Shown: piece by piece, positions 52,001-64,000 of the stretch | Numbering within the stretch: position 1 is the stretch's first letter | Layout: every line of letters starts with the position of its first letter | NCBI RefSeq assembly: GCF_000150275.1 | Contig: NW_002060948.1 | Coordinates: forward strand, 1,920,918-1,984,917 | Reading direction: 5' to 3' | Length of the DNA: 64,000 nucleotides | From: Trichoplax adhaerens | Lineage: Eukaryota; Animalia; Placozoa | Position numbers and translations under genes: made by a program | The notes under the pieces: generated by a model | The model's database searches: none | The model's input: the letters and a program-made list of their open reading frames with translations, nothing else | Told to the model about the DNA's origin: nothing

Positions 52001-54980
52001 ACTCTATTTTTATAGGACTAAATACATTATTTACTGATTCATATTGTTTACTAGCATCTCATCGTTACTAATAACGTCATTATTACTGAAATATCCCCTT
52101 CCATTTAAATGATTTACCTATAGTAGCGAGGCCTAGCTTTCGTTAAGAGAATGACAATGATATTGTACGCATACTTCTCACTTAAGCATGACTGTTTACA
52201 AATTAATAAATATTCTGGTAGTAATGTAGTATCAAAAATACTCTACGATTATTCAATCTAAGTAATTTACTATTTCTTGGATTTAAACACCAAATATTTC
52301 TGTTAACAAAGGAATGAAAATGTTCTCATAGTATGTTACAGGGCTTCTGATAAGATAGACAAGAACTAATAGCAAGGTTGTTATATGTTATAGGTGGACG
52401 TCAATATCTTCAGAGTCTTACCGCCATCTGATAATCCTGATTTCGATCCCGAGGAAGATGAACCGACTTTGGAAGCATCATGGCCTCATCTTCAGGTTCA
52501 ACTGTTATAATGACCTATGTAATGTAATGAATATAACAAGCAGAGTAAGAAATTTGCTTGCCTGTTTGATCAGTTCTTCACCGCACATATTATCTTTATG
52601 CACTTGCTAAGACATTTTTTAGTAGTAATGTACAACTGTGTCAATAATTAGGTGTAGTTCATTGTATAGCATCACAAAATACTGAGATGAATATCCATAA
52701 ACGTTGAAGTAAATACTGCAATGCTCATAATACTATCTATTTATACTTACAATTTCTAAAGTCATATCACATATGTAGAATTCTTTAATATGGAAAATTT
52801 TCTCAGTACAGTGTTATTTGTGAAATATCTGCATTCCACAGGTCGTAAATAAATTGTTTCATGTTATAGTGCTCAGACCGCTATTGTACATTTTTAAGAT
52901 TCATCCAGTACAACTAGTACTACTTGCTAGTAAAAGCTACAACATTTAATTGAGAAATAAATTAAATAAAATTCTAGTATCAAGGATACACATACACAAA
53001 CGTAACCGTAGCTACGATTTACATATCCAGTAATTATTAAATACATGTACTTGTCGATGCGTCGTTTATTATATTGAATAATTCAACTCTTACTTTTTAA
53101 TTTTGGATTATACTAAATTCTCATTATCGATACTTTCCGTATTTGCAGTTGGTCTATGAATTTTTTATTCGCTTTTTGGAGTCACCAGATTTTAAGCCAT
53201 TCACAGCGAAGAGATATATTGATCAGAAATTTGTTTTACAAGTAAAGTACTCATTTTATTTACCTATCAGCAATCCTCGTGTGCTTAGGAAAAAATTTTT
53301 ATCACCCTGTTGACGGGACGTTAATTCATGCTATGATTGTAGTTGCTGGAACTGTTCGATAGTGAAGATCCAAGGGAAAGGGAACTTTTAAAAACTGTTT
53401 TACATCGAATATATGGAAAATTCCTAGGATTGCGGGCGTATATAAGGAAGCAAATTAACAATATCTTTTTGAAGTATGCCGTCTTTATTGAGAAGCTTAT
53501 CAGTTTAATTCATGTTTATCAATATTACAGTATAGTGTCTGCATGCATGCAATTATTACAAATACTATATATTGTGTATTTATGGTTAATTTATAATGAT
53601 TTTACCTAGATTTGTTTATGAGACAGAAAACTGTAATGGAATTGGAGAACTATTGGAAATATTAGGAAGGTATGGTTATGCGATATATGTTAATGGCTGA
53701 TAAAATATCGTATTTCGCATAGTTAAAGTTATCACCTAGTCCTATCTGTAATTGTAGTTGCTTCATGGATACGTAGATTAGAGCTTGTAGATATCTACTC
53801 GTATCATCGTTGACAACTTTTTTATTATTTGGGCTAATACAGTATTATCAATGGCTTTGCGCTTCCATTGAAAGATGAACACAAACAATTTCTACAGAAA
53901 GTACTAATACCTTTACACAAAGCCAAATCTTTAAGTTTGTACCATCCACAGGTAATAACGAATTTGACTGACTGGAAGTATACAGTTCGTCTTTAGATTT
54001 ATATTATTTTGACTATTTTTCCGAGTAGCTTGCTTACTGCGTGGTGCAGTATTTGGAGAAAGATGTTACTCTTTCTGAAGGGGTAAGTTTTATTAGCTTA
54101 CGTTCATATTTTATATTTCTACTGCAATATTTTACAAATATCTACATAAAATTTTAAAATTATTAGGTATTGCATGGGCTTTTAAGGTATTGGCCTAAGA
54201 CTAGCAGTCAAAAGGAGGTATAAAGTTGGTTCTATTTGAGCCTTGTTTATTCTTTATCCCTTAGTGGGCGATACTAATGTAAATATTATTTACATTTTGT
54301 AGGTGATGTTTCTGAGTGAAGTGGAAGAGATTCTTGATGTTGTTGGCCCCGCACAGTTTCAGCAAATCCAGGAGTCTCTTTTTAAACAAATTGCCAAATG
54401 CGTATCCAGTCCTCATTTTCAGGTTTGTGCTTTGATTGTCTTATGACCGTTAATATACGCCTATTTTATGTTTGAAAATTATTTTATAATAGGTTGCAGA
54501 AAGAGCGTTATACTTTTGGAACAATGAATACATAGTAAGACTTATTGAAGAAAATTCCGAAACTATTATGCCAATATTATTTTCCTGTTTATATCGAATT
54601 TCAAGAGAACATTGGAATCAGTATGTGCTAATCTTTAAGTTGTTAATAACTTATGAAGTATACTTATGGATAAGGAATTCTTATGACATTGATATTTGTT
54701 GCATATTTAGAACTATTGTGACGTTAGTGTATAACGTACTTAAGACTTTTATGGAAATGAATGGTAAATTATTTGAAGAATTAACTGCTAGCTATAAAGG
54801 AGAAAGACAAAGGTAAAAGTCTAGTTATCAATTGTAACTGTTCTCAGGTATTAGTTACTTATCTACGACTTGCTACATAGGGAGAAAAGGAAAGAAAAAG
54901 ATAGAGACGAGGTTTGGAAAAAGATTGAACAGCTATCACGTGTAAATGACGGCAATGCTAACAAAGGTGGTGGACAATGA
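46091..54980 (+). CDS. PPP2R5: Serine/threonine protein phosphatase 2A 56 kDa regulatory subunit (B56/B'), alpha/beta/epsilon-type
   Basis: Exons 46091-46105 (putative, MENVN), 46301-46451 ([15 protein letters not shown]), 50359-50555 ([32 protein letters not shown]), 52394-52495 ([31 protein letters not shown]), 53150-53241, 53343-53474 ([36 protein letters not shown]), 53610-53669, 53843-53951, 54028-54082, 54167-54217, 54303-54422, 54493-54620 ([13 protein letters not shown]), 54711-54811, 54881-54980 (stop TGA). EASWPHLQ and [15 protein letters not shown] favour the alpha/epsilon class. Confidence 0.96.
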
Positions 54981-57900
54981 AGCTTCAATTACATTTGAAG
55001 TGGTCAGTGTATTCGACTGTGGATTATCTGTAAATCGTATGCTATTAGAATTCTAGTAAAAATAAATTTACGCCGATATGTAAATCCATGGTAATGAAGA
55101 AGAAATTGATAAATATTCTGATGAAATTAATTCTTGGCTACGACACAATTGTCGTACGGCTGTCATTTAGCTAAATGGAATATGTTTTATCGTATCTATT
55201 TGGTGCTTGCTAGCTATGCGAAAATGTAAATATTATTAAGTAAAGCAGTCACATTAGGATGTAACCAGTACTAGAAGTGTTGAAAGAATCCAATGAAATC
55301 GTTCGGTAAACGCTTTCGAATCTAAATCGCGGATTTGTGGTTTATTTCTGCGTCCCATAAGCGAAAATTACTGTATTTGAGTCCTGTAGATAGCTTTTAT
55401 AAATTGCCTTATGTTAATGTGCTATCTTTATTAAGGCTTTACTTTGTAATTATATGAATTCTTATGATGTGTCAAAGATGTGTACGAGATACACTGATGA
55501 AATTATCTAGAACCAATTTTTGCCCCAATAATTTCAGCCTACATTTTTTAACTATAGAAATCATTGCTGATATTATCTCTTAATGTGTTGGTGATATCTT
55601 AGTTAAAACTGCAATGTCAGTTTTTCGTCTTGATAAAAAAATGCCATGGTATCACGATATTGGTAGGCTTCAAATCGTTATTATCATAACATGATGACAA
55701 TCGCAATTTTAGTAACCGATTAGATTAATAGATTAATTGTTTTCGTCATGCAATGATTTATTTCCAGTACTTCATTTTTCTTCAGCCTTCGAATCAATGT
55801 GTCTATATGACGTACTGGTTTTATGATTGAAAGTCATTTGCATAACTTTGTTATTGTATAAGTCTATTACTGTTATAGTAATATTACAATTATACTTGCT
55901 AGAGCTTGGAAGTGTAGCTTTGTTTTCTTTCCGAAATTTAGTAGATTTTAAATTATGTTCAAAATTAGACTAAAATATTGTTTAACGAAAAATTATTGCC
56001 TAAAAATTGTAAGCGAAACAACCTTTTTGAGCTTCATTATAAATACAGCACTACTAATACTTTGCAGCTTGTTGACCGTGCTGGTTACAGATTAAAGAAG
56101 GCATTTCATCTACATTGCGTTATTCTGATCGAACTGGGGCATATTTCCATAAATATGAAAGTCAATAGTTGTAAAATTAAAAAAATGTGTAGATCCCTCT
56201 TACTTTTAAAAGGCTGTCATGTGGACAAACCTAAATATCATTATAAAGAAGGTACTATAAGTCTCGGAATCATAATGATAAGATGCATGATTATTACCAC
56301 TGGTCTACTTCACTTAGCTTGTGTAAGACGTAGAAGTCACTTTGAGCATGAAAGGTTAACTGGTAGTTAACAGTTGAGAAAGTAGAGCGAAATTTGTGGT
56401 CCATTCGAGATTATTTTAGGACTAGGAAGTGAGAAATCGGAACATTCGTTGTTAAAAATTTGAAATAGGTGGTAGTTACTAATATTATTGTACAGCCCAT
56501 AGAGGTAAAAGAAAACTATGGTACAGCCCTTGAAATTGTAAGATCTTATTTACTTTCGGCAAGGGTATAATTGGGCTCATTCTGTAGTTTTATGAAAAAA
56601 TTTCCTATACTACCGCAGCAAGTGATATGATTGTGTGTAGCCTGATCAGTAGTAATTCCTGCGACGCTTATATTGCATTTTTATAATTTTCCCTTCTTTC
56701 AAAATAACCCGACATGCTACCACACGGAAGGTATAGTATAGCTGATACAAAGTATCTCACGCCGTATGGTATCTGCTGTACTGTGCCGTCATTACTTGAT
56801 TGGCATTGTTTCTAATAATTAATTGATTGAAATGTGTTTGATTTTGAACCTGAGTTATTTCACGCCCATTCTTAGTTGTTGACTAATAACTAGCAACATT
56901 TTTGGGGTAATTTACTTTACGACCATTTTACTGACCTCGACAACATGATATCAACGTAATATATATAGTAAAGGTCCCCACCGCCTGTACTTAAAATTAA
57001 CTCACGAGCATCCATGCAATTAAACTCTGCTCCATACGGTACAGAAGACAGTACTGCATGATACCTGCCAATAAGCAATGTATTGAGTATATACTGTAGA
57101 CTGTAGAGTAGAGTAGAGTAAAGGTCTGTGAGAATGTTATGTCTCACTCCGAAATCCGATTAAAAAAATGTTTATCTCCAAAAATTGATCCGACTCCGAA
57201 CGATAAACTGATACTTTCGGATATCGGATTTTTTCACAGACCTTTACCGAGTACAGTGCTGTACAGTATAGGATTTTTCTCTTTATTAATAACGGGCCAC
57301 GCCATGCAGTAGAGTAGTAGTGCAGTACAGAGAGGTCAGAGGTAGCCGCAAAAATCAATTTTGTGAAAAGTCAACAAAGCATACAGTAGTTATGGAGTGT
57401 GGCGTTATTACTACTATACTATAACTGTACATAAGAATAATTATTACTTTAATGGCTAAACTCGCATACCATACCGTGCAAATGAGATTTCTGATAATAC
57501 AATTAATGAATTCATTGATATTATACCAAGTATACTGTACAGTATTTGCTATACAGACATAACAATATCACTACGATAATGCTGTGTGGTCATTGCAGTA
57601 TACAAGGACATAATACAGTATACTATAAGTTTATGACTGTAATGGCTGCTATGTCTATCACAAAAACACCATTGTGTTACCTTAGCAACTAATACGGACG
57701 AACTTTGTGAAAAGCTCCATCATGCACGCTTCCAGAGACTGACATTGCAAAGTACAGTATACCGTTGTAGTTACTGTACGTATCTTTACGAATGTGAGTT
57801 TAACAGTAAATTAATGGGTTAGTGTTGCAATTTATCTTAACACAAGAAAGTTTGTAAAATTGTCTACAACATGAGCTCTAGTGCAGACTAAGACTTGGTT

Positions 57901-59596
57901 TCGGCAAACCTACTGATTGTAAAGTTTGTGAATATCGACAGTAGTAAAGTGAATTCGATAGTCTGGTGTGAAATCGAAAATAGAGAGTACTTCAATTCCC
58001 CCCAAAAATGGCAAATATTCAATGAATACAGTATGTGCTGAAATCTTTTATGTGGAATACGCAGTGCGGCACTACTGAAAGATGGAACACGTCAAAGATA
58101 GCCTATTTTGCAAACATTTGTGTATATCATATCCTAAATGTACTCTCAGGATATACTGTACAGTACTACTATACATAGCGTACATTAATTATACAGTACG
58201 CGAATGCGCGTGTTAACATTACTAAGCTGGCTTGTGATCTCTCGTAAGCATCGACGCAGATTTGTTGTTTACTCTGGAAATTACAACTATTCCATTGCAT
58301 ACAAACTCTTTTGGTACTGTATTACTGACTATTGTATCATGTACCGATTATACTTTGCAGATGGAGTACAATACGGTACGTCTACATTGGGTGGTCTTGT
58401 ATTCATTTCTATTTTTTTATTTATTTACAGTATTCCGCGTTTCAGTGAAATATGGCCATGTATTTATGATGTATGATTTTAAGAGCGAGCTCTACTTTTA
58501 TGGAATGATCATTTACAGTGATCGGCAAAGTTATACTGTACTGTATGACACCCAGTTTCACTAATTCATGACAATTGTGAAGAAAGCAAGCATCGAACGT
58601 AAAACTTGTAGGCTATTGCAATGTTGGTTACACAATGGAAGAAAGGTTATTTTTATTGATTAATTTTTACCGCGGTTATTATGAAGAGATGATTTTAATA
58701 ATTGTACAATGGATTACTCTGTTACTGATGTCTAGCGGGCCATATTACGATTTATAAAATTGAAAAGAGCTTTCCATCTCAATTTTGGAGTGACCTATCC
58801 ACTTTGAAATGCATTCTACACTAATAATATAACGTCTAATATAGGGATGATGAAAAAACGATCAAGCTGTGTACTACAATACGTGTGTCATTTGTCCATT
58901 TTATCACGTACCAATTAATGCACACGTACTGTACAGTACGATCATTTCAAAATAAATAATATTGGCCATCGATGTGTAGTAGGCGTGTAGAGCACATTTC
59001 AGTGGTGGTTGGGTTACTGGTCTAGCATACTTTGTCTACCAAAGTGACAATATGAGAAGACAATAATAGCAGTTAAGAGCTTGTAGTTATTTGCGCGCAA
59101 TTTGTGCCGTTATTATTTAAGTGCAGTTATGAAATGAAAGAGAGAGGTCTAAATTTGCAATGAGTTTTTGTTCACGAAATCGAATAATTGTTTTCAAAGT
59201 ATAAAGGAATATTGTCATGCTGTCCTTGACTCTATAAAGTGTAACAGAATGAGCTTGTAGTCGCTGTTATGTACTCATTATTTCTACCGTAATTCTAATT
59301 TAGACAGTGTTACTCTATCCTCCAGTACAACATGGAAAAGATAAGTCAACGGTATCCACGCTCTAGTCTATTGTTTCAAAAGGTTAATACAAACTATAAA
59401 GGTTGTAATGAGTTCATAATACTGCATACTGAGACCGGCAAACAAGACGCCATAGGAGGATAATTATAATCCCCCCCCCAAAATGTGGACAATGCAAGAC
59501 AACAAAGCTGATCGCGTCGTCTCCATCAGTCCTGGAGAGTGCAGTACTACAGTGAAGTCCTCAGCGAGTTTGCAAGCGGTTAAAAGCTCTGGCTAT

Positions 59597-60385
59597 ACTG
59601 TACAGTACAGTACAGTACAATACAATATACAGTCGTCAGTCTACAGTATTTGTACTGTATGAGTCCAGTATGCACTGTGTGTTATTACAGTACTGTATAG
59701 ATGATTTGAATGACTTGCTAAAAATAGCTTTGACGTCTGACTAGTCAGGCATTTCAGCCTTGGCAAGCGCACGTCGTACTGTACGTCGAGTTAGTATCGA
59801 GTGGCGTCAAGCATTAGCCTGACTGTTTGCCGGTCAGTTTACATACTTTTCATCGAGCAGTAGTGACGTCGTCTGTATTATCTACTCGATGGCTACAATA
59901 CAGTACAATAGCCTCCTTTGTGACGTTCACATTGAAATGGCTGGGTGTACAGTACTGTACAGTACTGTACTGTACACTTGGCTTTGTTGGAGTACTGTAC
60001 TGTACAGTACAGTCGTCAGTCTACAGTATTTATACTGTATGAGTCTAGTATGCACTGTGTGCTATTACTGTACTGTACTGTATGTTTCGACCATGGTTTG
60101 GACACCGGTAGGCCGGCCCCTATAGATGATTTGAATGACTTGCTAAAAATAGCTTTGACGTCTGACTAGTCAGGCATTTCAGCCTTGGCAAGCGCACGGC
60201 GTACGTCGAGTTAGTATCGAGAGTGGCGTCAAGTATTAGCCTGACTGGTTGCCGGTCAGTTTACATACTTTTCATCCAGCAGTAGTGACGTCGTCTGTAT
60301 TATCTACTCGATGGCTACAATACAATAGCCTCCTTTGTGACGTTCCCATTGAAATGGTGTACTGTACACTTGGCTTTGTTGAGTA
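59597..60385. repeat. Near-identical direct duplication, ~425 bp period, ~2 copies, flanked by TACAG tracts
   Basis: tatagatgatttgaatgacttgctaaaaatagctttgacgtctgactagtcaggc... at 59696 and 60121; acagtcgtcagtctacagtattt at ~59629 and ~60009. Confidence 0.92.
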
Positions 60386-63300
60386 AGTCGTTACCACGTG
60401 ATCAGCCCTACCCAATCGAGAAGGAGTTGGATGAGGACGCAAGCCTGGGCCATTTTGCTCAGACAGTCAGTCATAATACAGTGGTGCTTTTTTTTTTAGC
60501 ACAATCATTTTTGGACGGTGAAAAAACAGTACAGTACATATACAGTTTGTCGAGGCGGACATTTTCAGCTCAATTTCTGTAATGTTGATGCAGTTTACTG
60601 AGGCCATCAAGGGAAGTGAAAGCCTGCCATTACAGGTTAGATGATGTGTAACTTGATTCCTTGTGCAAATGTTGATGATCATGGTGAAGAGAGTATCCAT
60701 TGATTGAGAAAAAGTGTAGTCGATGGATGATAGGTTATTATGGTATGCATATAAACTATTCCAAAGTAAGTGCCGTGTTGTCATGAGCATCTTGATTGAT
60801 TTTAGCATGGAAAAAAAGACTTTCACTTAGGCTTGAATGGGTTATCCATACGTAGCCTACACGCTTTGGCTTAACCTAGTCGATCATACGGTTCGATTCG
60901 ATAATGATCGAGTAGGATAGAATAGAAAATACACCTTCCAAAACATCCATAGCATACGTACACATAACACAATCGTCAAGTCAACTGCCTGCCTCGATTG
61001 CTACATTCATCCTGCTTTCGCTACTTTTTTTTTTTTTTCATCAAAACTTTGCATACTCGGACAAGTAGACTTATACTACAGTCCATTCTCATGGATTGAC
61101 TTACTTTTCCAAGGTGGAATTCAAAGAAATCATCCATTTATCACTGGATAGATGCAATCATCCATTTTCGCTTTTTTTTTTGTTGCCTACAAGCGAGAAT
61201 ACTACTCTACAACGGCGACAACACTCTCAACTACAATAAATCAACGGTTCTTCAGATATACACCACTATAGAAGGTACTGTCTACTGCATAGTACGTCCG
61301 TACTAGTCTATGCCATTCATTGACTTTTTTTTCATAACATGGATTTTTTTCCTACCTTTTCGCTTCCTGCAATGGCGATCCATTCAATATTACTGCAAGA
61401 GTTGACTCCAAAGCAAATGAGGACCTCGTATTAGCATCCATTTCATACTATTTGATGTTGTATTAGTTTAATTTACTTTGGTGCTAGTCATTTTTTCCAT
61501 TAAACGATGCAAGAATTGACACTGTAGGAGAGAGACAATCGTTGCTGTACGACTGAATGTTTAGAAATCAATTTTATTACCTAGTAAATCAACGTAACAC
61601 GTTGAAGCTAATACTTTTTACCTTCTTTTTCATGCTCAAAATTAAACTACATGAGACCAATAAGCATGGTTAGCTATTAAATTATCCTCTACTGTTATAA
61701 TGTTACTATTGTACAAGCTGAAAAGTTGATTTGTCTTGTGTAACGAGTATAGAATTGATAAGGCTTACTAGGATCGCCATCTTGGCCAGTGTTTTCCCTT
61801 CCCCCGCTTGCTTTGCTTACAATAATTAAGGGATCTCATGATCAAGTCACACGGTCTTGTACATTTGTTGTTGTAATAATTTCGATTGACTCAGTAGGCA
61901 TACCCTTTGTAGCCCACTTCATACATACCCTTGTAGTGAGTGCTACTGTGAAAATTTCAATCTAAATAGTGGAATAGAGAAATTCAATTTTGGACCATAC
62001 AACTTACGTCATTATTGTAAGATTCACTTTGCTAACGAGCTTAGCTAATAGTCATGATTTACAAAACTCAATCTTAGGTAGTGATAAAATTAAAGAAATC
62101 CACCATTGATCGGGCATTGTACTAGATCGGCTATCGCTTCCAGAGCTAATTTACTCTACGTCCAATGCAGTTCACTAATAATTATATCCTATTCAGTGGA
62201 ACTGCTATATCATGCTATCATTTCTTTATAAAGGCTGAGAAAGATACAAATACAGCCTTTTTTCCAAACGAATTTGAAAAGTTTGTACGTTAGAAACCAA
62301 TCAGTAGACAGTACCAAAAATTACTCTTGTGCTTTATTTCAGATTTTTTCTACTGTAGGTAGCTAAATTGCCGACATGTCCAGTACAGTATGCAGCGCGT
62401 TATGAATAACTGGTCTCGATACTGTACAGTAGTTGTTTCTCTTTAGGCCATCATTTACTGCAAACAATTAGTTCCTTTATGATTCAAGTTACTTTACAAT
62501 TCCTAAATTTAGTCATAGATATTGCAATTAAAGTCTTCCATGAGTACGTTTTAGTCATTGCTGTGATGAATACGATATAAAATACTGTATTCATCTCTAA
62601 TTATACAGTACAATACTCATATCATACGGATAATAACTTTGTAACTTAGTGATCAGCAACTATGCATCCAGTAATAGTGTTGTACACTGCAGTGTTGGTT
62701 GCAGTCTTGAATCAAAGAGGAACTTCCCTGAAAATTTTATTCAAACTTTGGTCATTCCTGTAATAGCAAAGGCAACTTTTTGAGGAACTTGTGCTTCTAC
62801 TGACTACTATATTTACTTTTGATCGATTCCAGCGTTACGCGTATAAAAAAAAAATAAACACTTTCATCGCAGGTCGGTAGCACATCACTTATTACACAGT
62901 ACTCGTTTTATACGTTCAAATCTCAACTAGCAGTTAATAAGGGAATTGCTACATCATTTTCACCTGGTTGCGCTTATTGCAAAAGTCGTCTCAATTACAT
63001 TTGATGTCATAGACAGTGATTGACGAAAGCTTGCCGGAGAAAAAGCTATTTCGCTCCAGCTTTCATCAACCAAATAAAGTTGAGTACCGAATCTGCTTTC
63101 TTTTCTTCTCCAACTCATATGTATTTGTTACAGTGTACAGTACTGTACTTTGTAGTGCATTTTATTGACGCAGTTTCTGCTTTCTGCAGCAGAACTGCAT
63201 TGTTTATAAAGTTGTTGATGAAGCTTAGTTGGATGATAGTTTTAGTGAGCGTTATTGAGCGTCCTAATCGACCAGTATGACTATTGGCTCTAGATGTATT

Positions 63301-64000
63301 GGGTATAAAAATCTTGCTAGATTACATTGAATTGAATTGTACTAAGGGGGAAGCGCATTCAACTATTGCTCTAGTGTTACCGATCGATTTTATTTATATT
63401 TACTCTATTGAATATTGAATACCGCTATTCTTTTCCATTTTGGCAATGCTATTACATCGCTATGAATTCAAATTTGACTTTTTCCTTGACCAAATTCGTC
63501 ACCCTTTATTGTTTTTTTTGTCACATCCTGGCGCTTCATTAGTTTCGGTTACTAGGTATTACTTAATCGCAATATCGGTTGCATACTTTTGGAAATACGT
63601 AATGGCCCATGCACTTGTTAGACGTGTGATTCATCATTTGTATGATATGCTCACCCACTCAGAGCTCATCTTTACATTACTGTAGGATAGCAGTTTTATA
63701 TATTGTATAGTCGTTGGCTTAGGATTACACTTGATCAATTTGGTTGCAATTTGGAAATGATGAGAGAATACTTTATACATGAAATTATCAACCATGATCG
63801 TCAATGAGTGGATATCTCGGAAGCAAGCGATTACGATTGTTTCTGCAAGTGGTTGTATGTAACTGTAATTTAAAATTTGATTGCTACGCCAAGAATTCAA
63901 TGCCACGGTTGTACATGTTTTTTTCTTTTCTCAATGATGTTTATTTTGCGTTGGTTGCATTAGAAAAGAAATTGAACATGGCCTTAGCCAGTGCCAATGC

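Noticed and set aside
59827-60826. Overlapping short ORFs
   Set aside because: Derived from the TACAG-rich duplication or lacking any recognisable domain or coherent splice model.
62700-63906. Possible minus-strand exons near the window end
   Set aside because: I could not join them into a consistent reading frame or recognise a protein family; left uncalled.

Overview
AT-rich eukaryotic (animal) genomic DNA with compact genes and many short GT-AG introns. The style suggests an early-branching metazoan such as the placozoan Trichoplax; this is an inference, not verified. No prokaryotic features, rRNA, tRNA or CRISPR arrays were seen. I assembled spliced gene models by hand. (1) The 3' end of a type I membrane protein (+, 300-1361). 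(2) A complete Jagged/Serrate-like gene (-, 3275-14370) with an atypical layout: signal peptide, MNNL/C2 domain, only a two-cysteine stub of the DSL domain, 7 EGF repeats, an internally displaced DOS-type EGF pair, 12 more EGF repeats, vWC/cysteine-rich plus Jagged juxtamembrane domain, TM helix and a short tail. (3) A head-to-head miniature Jagged paralog (+, ~25555-28516): one EGF, vWC, juxtamembrane domain, TM and a long tail. (4) CCDC82/DUF4211-like (-). (5) TTC14-like (-). (6) PP2A B56 (PPP2R5) regulatory subunit (+). There are also many 110-430 bp tandem repeats and a TACAG/CTGTA-rich low-complexity motif. The main finding is a cluster of two (probably three) Jagged-derived proteins; the two analysable ones have lost or rearranged the Notch-binding module, and genes 1 and 3 carry long NPxY/F-containing tails. 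Family assignments rest on recalled motifs; no database search was run.
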